A stretch of 64,000 bases of DNA from Schizochytrium sp. TIO01 (taxonomy: Eukaryota > Protista > Bigyra: Labyrinthulomycetes): contig SMSO01000034.1 of the NCBI GenBank assembly GCA_004764695.1, forward strand, positions 310,001-374,000, in the 5' to 3' direction. Position 1 is the first letter of the stretch. Each line of letters begins with the position of its first letter. A model generated the notes under the pieces. It worked only from the letters and a program-made list of their open reading frames with translations, was not told where the DNA came from and searched no databases. Shown one piece after another: positions 21,583 to 33,268 of the stretch. A program made the position numbers and the translations under genes.

Positions 21583-24500
21583 TTAATAAGAGCTGTTCTT
21601 CACAATCTTTAACATAGATAGAGTACTACTTCCTGCAACAAAACCGTAAAACCTTGTCTCTGATGCTGTCCAGTGACTTATATTGTCATCAAAAGTAAAG
21701 CTTGAAGTCATAGGATGTTGCACGTGCCCGCCCTGGACATGCCAATTTTCAGGCCGATCTCTCTTCCAATCACATTTGGAGACTATCGCTTGATCAACAG
21801 GTTCAATGGATTTCCTATCTTCGAGTATGTGCCAGCCACCACATTTCACCCCATCTTGGTTTTTTGCCAGCAAAATGTCCTCTGACAGACAGAGATCAGT
21901 GGCTATGAAGGTCAGTTTTCGCGAAGCAAGCTCTGCAAGAGAGTTCAAATTCCATATTTTGAGGACTTTGTCACTAGATGCAGTTGCAAACCAGTCGGTC
22001 GCAACAACGATCGAGGTGATCTTGTCTCCATGAGCATCGACGATACACATCTCTGCTTTTTCTTCTCCTTTGGAACGCTCCCAGACTCGTATGCCTCCTT
22101 TGCAATCCCCACTCAAAATATACTCAGGAGCTAGTGCAAGGCACGAGGATGGTGCTACGTGACGACTGATATTGTCATCTCTACCCAAGGGCAACATAGA
22201 AAGCCGTCCTACTCGAAGCTGGCCATTTTCGTATCCAATAACACTTCGCTCCTTTGGACTTAGCGCAACACTCGTTACAGCTAAGTTACTTTCTACGAGT
22301 CCAGTGCACTTGATTGCCTCAAGATCTGTAAGGTCCCAGCTGCAAACAGTTCCATCTTCTGATCCACTTAGTAGGAAAAGTTTCGTTCTAAATTCACGAA
22401 TAGAGAGGGATGAAATACGACCTAAATGTAGAAGCTCGCCTTCCTGCGAAATGCGATGAGCAGAAGCAGTCTGATTCGACGATTTGCTTGAAGTATCATC
22501 ACTCTGGTCCTCGATTTTCCACACAGAAATTTCTCCTTTCTCATTCCCCACAATGATTAAACTTTCACCATACATAACAAATGCAGTACACACCGCAGAT
22601 CCCAAACCTTGCAACACCCTTGTGCAGCATTCCGAATCACTCTGGTGAAGGTCCCAGCTAAGAATCTGAAAATCTTCGGTGGCTACAAATATCGACTTTG
22701 AAGTCATTGCTACACCAACAATAATTTTTTTTGTATCAAATTCTCTTCGGGGCTTGTGGTCCTCACTTGAGTGATCCCATAGAGTTACACAGCCGTCTAA
22801 TGATCCACTCACCAGATATTTTGAATCCATTGCCATACATGTGATATCCATGTCATGCCTGCTAGGAAACTCCTTCTGGTTTAATTCTGTTGGTGTGTAA
22901 ACACGGATTAGCCGACCTTCTTCACCGCTAAACGCACATGCAAATGCGACTTCCCCATTGCTTTCTGAAGAACACATAGCTAAGCATGTTGGTATCATAT
23001 CGATCTCAAGGTGGAAGAGTTTCTCACCAGTGTAGATATTCCACGCATTGACCTGCTCGTCATCTTCCGATAAGGAAATAAAAAGGTTGGCCGCAGCTGC
23101 AAGACCCGTTACACCATCGTGATGCTTTCCGCTTAAAGTGTACAGAAAGGAGCCCTGGGTGGTTGAACTAACTGGCATAAGTTCATCATAGGAAAGGCTG
23201 TGCTGGCCTTCTGCACCTGTGTATAAAGGATGCTCTTTCGACATCCGACAAAGAATTTGGGTCCGAAGTTGACGAGAGTCGAAAATAAGTGCGTCAGTAT
23301 TTTGCACAAGAAAATCAATTGTTGTGATCGCAGCAGAGTGTTCCTTTGGAGCAATAGAGCGATATTGTTCAAGGTCTTTGTTCCACAGTGTGACATCTAC
23401 ACCCTGTTGCACAATCGCCCCATAGATCTTGTCATAATCTACTAGGTATCTGGCGAGATCTTCCAATCGATTTGCCTCAAGCAGATGGTATATTGCATGT
23501 TTAGCGCTAAAGAGACACGTTGATACCCTATCTTGACAAAGCTCAGCTAAAAGCGCATGGCCCTTTGCCAAAATTGGCCTTAGGTCCTCCCGTAAAATAC
23601 TTTTGATTCGCATGAAGTCTCCCAATTTGACCGTCTCAAGGCTTGTGCGTTCCAAAATTCCTTGGGAGGAATCAATAACAACTTGTATGTCTTCTGTATA
23701 TGCCACATGTAGAAGAGTTTTTACAATATCAAATGGAATTGACTCGCGTGCTACACACAAAGCACACAAGAAGTTCTTGCGCTTATTCCCGTCCGCACTG
23801 TTTTCATTTAGAAAATTATCCCTTAAACATGACTCGTAGATTTCCTGAGGTGATCGTGAATGTTCTGGTTCGTTTGGTAGAGATGTCGTATCAAAGTCAT
23901 TCTGAGTAACAAAGTTGCTGGCTTCACCCATGTTCCCCCCACTTTTTCGCAGTGTCAAGGCTATCCATTCGTCAAGGGGCTGGGTATTGGGATATTTCTC
24001 TTCGAGTCTAATTTTTGCGACCTGTTTGACATCTTGGTCATTGTTGGGTAATTGCGGGTCTAGAAGATGAACTAGAGAATTTGACAAGATATCTTGTCTC
24101 TGACTAGACAGAATGAGGCCAACCCATTCGGGCAGCCTTTCGTTCCAATCATTTAAAAGTCGTTGAAGGTCATCTTTTCCTTCAGTGATGAAGTCAAAGC
24201 CATCAATAATGACCACAACATTGTGTTCACTTTTAACGCTTCCTAGTGGCTTAACAATAAATTCAGTGAAGATAACATCTAGTGCGACGCTCTCTAGCTC
24301 GGAAAAGTTTGTGAATGTTTCTGATACCGCTGTTATTTGATTACAGCAAGTTTGCACAGACTTCTGTAGTTGTTTGGCAATGCTTAGCAAAACAAATTTC
24401 GCAGACTTATTTGAGGTGCGCCCATGGGACTCTGCTTCTTCTGGGACAAAAAATGCTGCAGCGACTAGAATTCTTGATTCAGACTTTGAGAATATTTCCT

Positions 24501-25326
24501 TCATTTTCTGGGAGAGGCGACGTAACGATAGACGCCGGGGTGCGTGTTGGGAGTCACGTTCCCAGTTTGAAAATGATTTTGAATCTAGACATTGCGCAAT
24601 TTTGTCTGGATTGAAGAATTCGCCGATGCCGCAGAGGGCAGCCAAGAACACAGATTTCCCCATTCCTTTATCTCCCGAGATGAGTAGAGAGTTTGAAAAA
24701 GGTTTTGAAGCCCATGTTTTAACAGCATGAAAGAGCCACGTTCGAGTATCCTCGATAAATTTGTGATAAAGGTCCTTAATTCTGGCCAAGTTTGTGGATT
24801 CATCCAACCCTATCAGAAGTGAGGCTCCAGCATCACTTTTAATTCCTGCTTCACGTTCTTTCCTAATTGCATCGAAGATATATTGCGCGGCTTTTCTGGC
24901 GTCGTCTTGATTCTCCTGATCTATAGAATAGTGCAACAATGGCGCCAATCGAAGGAGCTTGAGGCCCCAATTTTTTTGATCATTCATTATCGGATCTTGC
25001 ACAATAGGAAAGACTTTTTTTGGCGAGCAATGTGTCAGGATCACATTAAATTCAAATGAACAATTTTGAAAGCTACCTTCGTCATCCAACTTTTGTTGGT
25101 ATTCCGTTGTGATGAAAATTACAATATACTCGCTGCTGTTGATGCCCTTGGCAATTTGTTTATCAAGGCCGCCGCCAACCATTAGGTCGTTCATATCTTG
25201 CCAAACATCAAGGTTTAGCTTGGTAAGTTCTTCATAAACCATGCAGACAAACTTCTGATGTTCGCTGTTTGGTCCCCACGCATAGGATAAGAATATGTCC
25301 TTCGCAAAGGCTTCCGTTCGTGGCAT
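21583..25326 (-). CDS. TIR-NACHT(STAND NTPase)-WD40 NLR-like protein, paralog B (~1247 aa)
   Basis: TIR: IFLSYAW, VWQD, IAKGINSSEYIVIFIT, NCSFEF (putative catalytic Glu). NACHT: TRTWLF, Walker A SGDKGMGKS, Walker B VVVIIDGFD. WD40: LVSGSLDGCVTLWD, LLSGSEDGTVCSWD, ATASSDKVLKIWN. First ATG is 25326; the track uses GTG 25332. Confidence 0.92.
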   Translation of the reverse strand: MPRTEAFAKDIFLSYAWGPNSEHQKFVCMVYEELTKLNLDVWQDMNDLMVGGGLDKQIAKGINSSEYIVIFITTEYQQKLDDEGSFQNCSFEFNVILTHCSPKKVFPIVQDPIMNDQKNWGLKLLRLAPLLHYSIDQENQDDARKAAQYIFDAIRKEREAGIKSDAGASLLIGLDESTNLARIKDLYHKFIEDTRTWLFHAVKTWASKPFSNSLLISGDKGMGKSVFLAALCGIGEFFNPDKIAQCLDSKSFSNWERDSQHAPRRLSLRRLSQKMKEIFSKSESRILVAAAFFVPEEAESHGRTSNKSAKFVLLSIAKQLQKSVQTCCNQITAVSETFTNFSELESVALDVIFTEFIVKPLGSVKSEHNVVVIIDGFDFITEGKDDLQRLLNDWNERLPEWVGLILSSQRQDILSNSLVHLLDPQLPNNDQDVKQVAKIRLEEKYPNTQPLDEWIALTLRKSGGNMGEASNFVTQNDFDTTSLPNEPEHSRSPQEIYESCLRDNFLNENSADGNKRKNFLCALCVARESIPFDIVKTLLHVAYTEDIQVVIDSSQGILERTSLETVKLGDFMRIKSILREDLRPILAKGHALLAELCQDRVSTCLFSAKHAIYHLLEANRLEDLARYLVDYDKIYGAIVQQGVDVTLWNKDLEQYRSIAPKEHSAAITTIDFLVQNTDALIFDSRQLRTQILCRMSKEHPLYTGAEGQHSLSYDELMPVSSTTQGSFLYTLSGKHHDGVTGLAAAANLFISLSEDDEQVNAWNIYTGEKLFHLEIDMIPTCLAMCSSESNGEVAFACAFSGEEGRLIRVYTPTELNQKEFPSRHDMDITCMAMDSKYLVSGSLDGCVTLWDHSSEDHKPRREFDTKKIIVGVAMTSKSIFVATEDFQILSWDLHQSDSECCTRVLQGLGSAVCTAFVMYGESLIIVGNEKGEISVWKIEDQSDDTSSKSSNQTASAHRISQEGELLHLGRISSLSIREFRTKLFLLSGSEDGTVCSWDLTDLEAIKCTGLVESNLAVTSVALSPKERSVIGYENGQLRVGRLSMLPLGRDDNISRHVAPSSCLALAPEYILSGDCKGGIRVWERSKGEEKAEMCIVDAHGDKITSIVVATDWFATASSDKVLKIWNLNSLAELASRKLTFIATDLCLSEDILLAKNQDGVKCGGWHILEDRKSIEPVDQAIVSKCDWKRDRPENWHVQGGHVQHPMTSSFTFDDNISHWTASETRFYGFVAGSSTLSMLKIVKNSSY

Positions 25327-27417
25327 GTTCACAGCCTTGCTTTATCAGATACGATCTCGTCAATTCCCGGACTGGGCTCGCCCGTCGTCAAGGAGTTCTG
25401 CTGCAGCTTTGCACTTGCGTGAGGTATTTCAACCCAAGTAAAAGTTTTGACAGACTACTAATAGAATAAGTATAGAACTTTTCAAATAGCATTCAAAACT
25501 AATAGTTGGACTACGATATTACTGAGTAATACAGGGTAGAAAGTTTTTCTGATATTAATTAGTGTAAACTTGGTTGGTTGAAAAGTTAAGAACCCCAAAT
25601 AGGAATAATGTCTTTTAATAGACATATTTTCCTTTTCTTAAAAAAACTCTAACTAAAATGACGAGTTTTTAAGAAGGGCCTATGCTAGTTTTAAAAAAGA
25701 AAGTATTAGAATAGAAAGGTAAGAAAACAGATACTTGGCTACCGATAGGTAAACTAAGATACGTGCTTTTATCATATGGTTTTTGACTTAGCACGATTGA
25801 TATTGGTGATTTCTTGAGGTCGACGGCACCAGGTGATAGTAGATCAAACTAATTGATGGTCTTAGTAGTAATTGTTATGGATATCTTCAAATGGTGCGCG
25901 TGGTATTAAAAAAAAATGGTTGCGCACTCTACAGATTCCCAGAATCTATGTCAATTTTGTAAGACAAGTGCTCTTTGTTAGCAACATTCAGGTAAGCGGT
26001 CGAACACGCACATTATATTACTACTAGTCTACTCTAGCACATGTTTTTTTTTGTTTTTTTTTCCTTTTGTTAGAAGCTGTAATCGCTTGCAGACATAAAA
26101 TCAATTAAAGCCAGGTATTCATGACGATCTTTAGTGTTTCAGGATCTAGCTTGATCTTAAAGTTTCAGTTTTGGTCCAGATTTGATCATTCGGTTTTCTA
26201 ATTTGGCTATATTAGACAGTTTGTTGATGGGGTCGATGGTTAGTCAGCATTGTAGTTATGTTGTAGCTCCTACTACCTTTTAAATTATATAATAAATTGT
26301 AAATATAAATATACAAATAGTAATAATAATAGAATTTAAATCGACAGAATTTTCTAAGAGTCTAGCACAAATAAGTTAAGAAAAAGAACAAGAAATGACT
26401 TGACGACTTAAAGCATAAACGTGCGTCTAGGTGCTCGCCTTTTTGCAAAATCTGCAGAAGCTACATTCAACGTAGTTTGAGTTTAAGAAATGGCCAGACA
26501 AGGACACATTGTAAGCTCGTCAATCCCGAGGTGAGGACCCGTGGCGTTTTAAACGAGCCTTAAAGTGGGGAGATGGCACTTCATTCTTTAAATGTTCTAG
26601 GACGTATGATGTATTTCTACCAATTCTATTCCTAACAATTCTATTGCCGGGTTAAACTCGCCTCTACAAATCGTCAATTTAGTATACTCTAATAGTGTAT
26701 TTTCACCCTCTTTTTCCTCACGACTGCACAGAAACAACTCAGTTCCTCTTCAAAAGCTTCATCAGTCTTATCCATGCAGTCCTTGTGCACGCGCTTGCTT
26801 GGTAGTCTGGTGGTTATTTGCGATCATAATATAATCTATTTGTTATAAGAATATGTTTCTACTTTCTGTAAAAAAAGAGTAATCATGAAGGTTTGTTCAG
26901 ACTCCTGCATTTTCAATGCAAAAAGCCTCTTACTCCCGAGTATTTTCTCAAAGTTTAAAATTTAAAACATTTCTTTTTATATTAAGAAGAAAAAGAGAAG
27001 AAACGGAGAAAAACAAAATTACACTTTGGTTAGGACGCGCGCACCCGGAGGTTCTCGAGTCTTGCGGAAACTGCGGTTATATTTTTAAGATCAAGAGCGC
27101 TAAGAGCTCATTACGCTATTCAATAGTTCTAAAAATGAATATTTCAAGGGGCATGAGAAAAGTCAAGATTTTCAAAACCGGGCGCGTTTCGGGGTAATTG
27201 ATTTCGGGCGGAAACGCTAATAAACAGTCGACACAATCAGGCACGCAGCGATGTCGGCTGGAAGTACTGGTTTGGATCGTGTGCACCCCCTGAGCTGGTA
27301 TTAAATCCCTCAAAATTTAGGCAAATGTGTGTAATGGTGTGATAATTGGAAGCATCGGTTTGGCCAAGTTCAATGTTCATTATTTAAGAATAATAATGAT
27401 AATTATTTATTTATTTG

Positions 27418-27463
<46 letters not shown>

Positions 27464-27690
27464 AACAGAATTATCAGTGATTCTGGTTGGGTTTAAATTA
27501 ATTTCCCAATTTTACATATGAATGATCAGATAATCGCAGTTACATCCGAACCAGGTCATTCGCCATATTGGGAATGCCTGTGCTTTAATCAGTACCTCTA
27601 TTCAGACAGAAAGCTCCGAGTCCCGTAGCAGCATTGCTTCCGGTTTGCCGCCAACCAAAAGTGTCACTCGCACATACCTGAAAACAACTA
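23576..27690. repeat. Segmental duplication copy B (blocks 1 and 2 fused)
   Basis: Matches 1-3519 and then 8264-8903 with no intervening sequence. Confidence 0.93.
27418..27461 (+). repeat. Poly-A tract (44 nt), absent from the paralogous block near 8660
   Basis: Seen directly in the sequence. Confidence 0.9.
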
Positions 27691-27699
27691 CTGCAACGC

Positions 27700-28860
27700 G
27701 CCGTGAGTAAACTTAAAAAGCTTGATAAGGAAAAATAGGCACCAGCGTCAATCATGATTCTTCGTTATGGCAATATCAACCCTGGTAAAGGCGTTGTCAA
27801 TTCATTTGTTGTTGCAAGGAGTTGAAGGTCTCAAAGTGCGAGTTAGTATCTATGGTATTGGCGATGACTTTGACCGTAAAATGCTCTGCTGGATGTAGGG
27901 GGCAGCAAGAAGCCAGCCCTATTCTCTTGCGCAGTTGAGCACGAGTATGAAGACGGCACTTTCGAAAACCTTGAGCTTGAACGAACTTACCCTGCTGCAC
28001 CAAGAAAGGAGAAGAGCCTACTCGCAGACGAGACGAAGGTTCGAATTGAGCTACACCAAATCGCTACCCTGAACATAGGAAAATTCCGAAGACTATTGAG
28101 AAGACGCGACAAAAACAAACCTGAGGGTAAGAAAACGATTTCATTGGATGATTTGGGCGATTATGATCAGAGCACTACGTTCTGGCTTTCACCAGAGAAG
28201 TCAATGATAGACATACCTGTTCTGCTTGGCCCTGCTGATGGTCTTGGAGAGCATGATGAAGGTCAGGATTTTATGCCCCGACTTCTAAATGCCGCGAACA
28301 TGTACAGAATTGCTACAATCTATGCGTCATGGCTCGAAGATAATGAGGTAAGTGAGGAAGAAGTGAAAGGGTACATTGATGTAGTCAGAAAGGGGAGTGA
28401 ATCGATACTAGAGAGACAGATTCAAAGATTAAACCAGATACAAGACACGATAGGCGGTCTGATCGGTGTTCTACGTCAAGTTTCGGGTATGGACGAACTG
28501 GAGGCCGTACAAGAAGAACTCGAGCTGAAACTGAGAGCGAGCTGGATTCTACGCAAGCAGAGACAACCCAAAAGTTAGAAAGGATTAGCACTATATAAGT
28601 CGTTCACCAAAAACTTGGACAAAGGCAACTTTACGCAAAGGGAAGTTGAAGAGGTTCTCCAGAGCGAGTAGACGTTGTCGTATTTGATAGATATGTTTGT
28701 AGCTGGAAGCAAAGCGATGGTCTATGTTGATAAACTGAAGAAAGATCTGAAGGGGTCGGATGCAGATGAGTATCTCTTAGGGTGTGATTTGGCAAGTTTC
28801 TTTGACCTTCTTTGTTGCTCTTTGGAAACAGAGCTGGGCAATGCAGTTCGAGATTCAGCA
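27700..28860 (+). pseudogene. 5'-truncated, frameshifted vWA array pseudogene
   Basis: Aligns to the array genes from ..gccgtgag..aactt onward, with stops (e.g. TAC>TAG ~27735, TAG ~28668), deletions and frameshifts. The downstream flank 28860-28955 matches the copy 3 flank at 19530-19625. Confidence 0.9.
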
Positions 28861-29155
28861 ACAGCAGAGATCACGAAGTCCATAACGGAGAGGACGGCCA
28901 ATGTGTAAAGCCCGCATTCCGGGAAATAAATAAGCAAAGTGAATCTTTCCTTTTAATTTCTTTCTTTTAAAAAATACTTTAAAATGTCAGATGCTTTACT
29001 TTGCTGGTGTTGAATTTCTATCTCGCAGCAATTGCCTTTGATGATGAAAAAATGCGGAAAGGGATTCGCCTGGATCGAATGCACTTACTAATGGCTCGTC
29101 AGAACAAACGACCCACACCCTGAATCAGCCATCTATCACAGCATGCTATGCTACA

Positions 29156-29460
29156 CCCATCGGGTTAAATGCGCAGCCCATTTGACCAACGAAGGGAATG
29201 TTCTCACCTCTCAAATAGAAACCTTTCGAAGTCATCACTGTGGATCGGGGCTTGGATCAAAGCAATGATCGTATACTGCTTTCCTCACCCTCCTGCTTTC
29301 TGCACTACATCTGAGCCGCAGCGCATTTAACGCGATGGGAATGTTCTCACCTCTCAAATAGAAAACTTTCGAAGTCATCACTGTGGATCGGGGCTTAGAT
29401 CAAAGTAATGATCGTATACTGCTTTCCTCACCCTCCTGCTTTCTGCAGTACATCTGAGCC
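29156..29460. repeat. 124-bp direct duplication (29194-29317 / 29337-29460) with an inverted 22-bp junction piece
   Basis: Direct copies are near-identical. 29318-29339 is the reverse complement of 29156-29177 (20/22). Confidence 0.9.
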
Positions 29461-31316
29461 ATCGTCTCTGTGCTCAGTGACCCTCTCGGGAGCGCATTCT
29501 TCGAAAGAGCTAATTTCAGGCATAAATTGCATTTCAATCGCGCACACTGAGTCTGATTCAATGTTAAGACGTATGCGAAAGGCAAAATGGAAAGGCTACG
29601 GTAAAAGGGGTAGGTTTCTTATGGACCGGATGAAGAGCTGGTACTTCCCAGGTACGGGTTTTGAGAGCTGGTTTCTCCTTTTTGTAGTTAAAATGTCTGG
29701 GAAAGTACTGGTTGATTGATAAAGTGTGTTCGAAACGTCTCTAAACACCGATGCGAAGTCTCTCAAACAGAGACTGCCTAGTCCATCCATGATCTGCCGT
29801 TGGCGCAATCTGCACATGCGTGGAATGCCTGTGCATATAGAAATGGCTTTCAGGTAGCATTTTTCTTTGTTTGAAATATTTGAGTTCTTTACGTTCAAAT
29901 GAAAAGAAAAGCAAATACAGACAGGTCTCATTCTGACTTAAGGACCAAGGTTAAGCTCGAGGCATTCCAAGCAATTGAGGTTTTTCATATCCTGTGGCAG
30001 TCGAAAGAACAGTAGAAAAGGACTATGCTCTCTTATTGTAACTTTTGCACTACGTTGCGCAAGGGTACCTAACGTTGCTCGAAGAAGGCTTTCCTGTGAG
30101 AACAAAGTAGAGCAATAGTACACCTTTGCTCAAGTGACCCGAGCGCACCGCGCAGTCTTTGAAGAGTTTGAGCACTATGAAAATCAATAAAAGAGGTCAA
30201 GCAAACTTTAACGATGAAGATACCCAAACGTTAAAACGACACTGATGGCATCGTGAATCAGAACATTTCCCCGGTAATGAAGTCTATGTGTAAACTTGTT
30301 TCTAGACCAGTACTCAATTAAACTCAATAACTGTATAGCTTGCCGCAACATCCAGTATAGGAGAAAGGATGCAGCTTCATATAAATTTAGTTTTCAAAGT
30401 AATACTCTCAAGAAGTTCGAAAGCGATAAAATGTCAGCACTTTGCGAGATTTGAAACTACTGAAACAGTGACACATACTGCCACGAAACCCTTTTCACAA
30501 GGAAAGCTACACTTGAGCGAAGTGTTGAAACGGCAATAAAGACAAGGTGTGTATCTCCTGAAGAAAAGTTCTAACAGAGAATGAATAGAATACTCTTTTT
30601 TAATTATTCATTCATATTTTTTCTGGTACAAAACAAAAAAAAAAAGTCACAAGACCCTTCATTTACTTTCGAAATAAACTTGCTCGCAACAATCCTTGTC
30701 AACTATCCGAGGTATCGTCGACATCAACACGCACATTCAACCGAACCAAATTTAATTCGGCCCTCAACGTGACAACAGTTTAGGGGTCAGCGCAACGGAT
30801 CGATTATTCGCTCAAAGTGCAACCATAGAGCAGAAGGGGTATAAAATATTAACAAAATAGTCAAGCTCGTAATACTTGGTTCGCTGTCCTAAGAATATAC
30901 CACTTCCTCGCGCTCGGACATAATCACAGTTTCGGTGGTGGCCCAATACTTGATTTATCCGTTGCATCTAATACCTTTGTGCCCTTACATCAGTAAAAGT
31001 CTCAGTAGCCACTAGTCAAAGCAGCTCGAGATTGGGGCATCGAAATAAGTTTTGTTACAAAATTACTCTAATGACTGCGAGCCATTTTGGTTCTTCAAGT
31101 TGTTCCTCACCATCTATCAAACATGAACGTCATCATAATATCTTTCAAGCCTGACTTAGTGAAGTTCCCTACCAAGAACGACACTCTCAAACTGTATGGA
31201 GTTTATTCCTTGATCCTGATTCTTTTGGTTGCGGCGGAAAAGCAAACACCTAATCCTAAATGCAGCTCTTCATAAAGGATTGGATTGGTGTTTTTGCCTA
31301 TATAGATAATCAATAA

Positions 31317-32456
31317 ATGGCTTGCTCGGAACACTGGCCATTCTCGGCTTGCAGCTATGGTGGCGTTTGCAATGAGACATTGGGCAAATGTGTATGCTCG
31401 CATCAGTATATCTCATCAGGAGATCTTATTATCGACGATGGGCAAGACTGTGCTGTACCTCGAGCGCTTTTAGAAACAATTCTCTTAACTGTTCTCATTT
31501 GCTCAATCACTAACATTATACTGAGAATATTCGAAGTGACCAAAACCTATCGTTTGAAAGCTCGGTTCCAAGGGAAGGCAGTAAATCCCTTTGCGAGGAC
31601 TTTAGTTTATCACAGTTGGGGTCTCGTAGTGAGCTTGGCACTCCTCGTGAACTCAGTGGCATATTGGATCTTAAGAAATGAAGCTGTAGGAAAGAATATT
31701 GCAAAGACTACTTTACATTGTGTTATTGGCTTTATTGTGTGGCGCTATCTTCAATATGTATCAAGTTTCTTCTTGCAAAATATATCCATCATTATGGGGG
31801 TTCGTAGCAAGACACGAAGTCGCTACATGGAGCGTATACGATCATACTTGTTGCCTTTGATGTGGATTGGAGTCTGTTTTGTGCACGGAATTATACCCTG
31901 GGCAATTTATTTTACAAAATCGCAAATATGGCTTTCTGTATTTGCCGCGTTTATGATCTACACGATGCTACTAGTTGCTATTCTGTTGTTTACAGCCGCG
32001 CAGGGTTTCATCGAGGTGATTAACGATGTTCTGGAAAATGGAAATTCTGTTGAGGATGACATGCGTCATAAGCTCGAACATATTCGAAAAAATGCGTGGC
32101 TTGCAAAAGTTGTCCTCTATGTTGTTATTTCGACAAACGTAGGATTCTACATAGCAGTTTTGGCCTGGCCATGGGCAAGAAATTTCATGGTGTTGCAAGT
32201 TGTTATCTTGCATTGCAGTGGCGTTGCAGGAGAAAGCATCGCACGAGAGCTGGGGAAGGTTGTTTCTGCACGGGCAGCTCGGAAATTCCGACTTGTTCGA
32301 GTTTCTGCTATGGGAGGTTATTTTTCGACACCCACATCATCATTTTTCTTTCATAGGCAGAAGAAATCTGCCGAGGGACGCAGTTCCACAACCATCTCGG
32401 TGGCCCCAATCAATACATCAATACAAGAGTCTACACCGCATGATACCAAACATTAA
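31317..32456 (+). CDS. EGF-like + 7TM receptor-like protein, copy 1
   Basis: N-terminal CxxxWPFxACSYGGxCNxTxxxCxC..GD..GxDC, followed by about 7 hydrophobic segments and a WPWAR motif. Confidence 0.85.
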   Translation: MACSEHWPFSACSYGGVCNETLGKCVCSHQYISSGDLIIDDGQDCAVPRALLETILLTVLICSITNIILRIFEVTKTYRLKARFQGKAVNPFARTLVYHSWGLVVSLALLVNSVAYWILRNEAVGKNIAKTTLHCVIGFIVWRYLQYVSSFFLQNISIIMGVRSKTRSRYMERIRSYLLPLMWIGVCFVHGIIPWAIYFTKSQIWLSVFAAFMIYTMLLVAILLFTAAQGFIEVINDVLENGNSVEDDMRHKLEHIRKNAWLAKVVLYVVISTNVGFYIAVLAWPWARNFMVLQVVILHCSGVAGESIARELGKVVSARAARKFRLVRVSAMGGYFSTPTSSFFFHRQKKSAEGRSSTTISVAPINTSIQESTPHDTKH

Positions 32457-33268
32457 CACCAGATTGCGTATCGAGTCACGCATTTTGGCGATTCAAAGCT
32501 CCATAGACCTTTGCATTGACTGTTCTGGCTCGCCATTTGTTGAATACTAAAGAATTGAATATTTTGAAAGTAAACAAATTTATTTTAATTTTGGTTGAAG
32601 TTATGTATAGTCATTTTTCTTCCCGGATCCTCAGAAACAGTTGTCGCATGGGGGAAAGCCAGCCACGTTTTTTACTTGTGTTGACTTCAACCAACCAAAC
32701 AATAACAATAGTTGAGTTTTGGTTTTGAATTTTGCGACTTACATTGGAAATATTTATTTCTATATATATTTAAAAAAATAAAGATGTTACCTATTTCCTA
32801 GTCCACATTTACTAAACCACATAATATGATATTGTTATTATTGTGTATTTCTAGCACAATCACCCTTTCGGCCTTTATTTACTTCGCCTCACTTATGTAA
32901 CGTAGAACTATATGAGCTTGTACCATTAACTTATTTTTTCAAGGTCTAACATACAAGTTGTGCAACTTTTCTCTTTCTTGTTATATTTCCACTCAAAAAA
33001 CAGGTATATCGTAAACTTTAGGATATATATATATGTATAAAAAATTTGATTTTAAAAAAAAAGGTACCGTTGAGATACATTTCCCGGTTACCATGTTGGC
33101 AATGAGTGACCTGCCAGTACACAATTTGACTTGATAATTCTAGTTCCTTATTCTTTAATTGTATTTTTCCAACCAACTAAAACCTTAACGTATGTGGGTA
33201 GGCAATTGACATGAGACCAGCTTGTTAACACCGCCGCATTCAATGCTTCAAGTACCCTGGATAGGTCA

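Noticed and set aside
29400-30180. Possible degraded minus-strand coding or transposon relic
   Set aside because: Some fragments look protein-like, but no recognisable transposase, RT or other motif is present.
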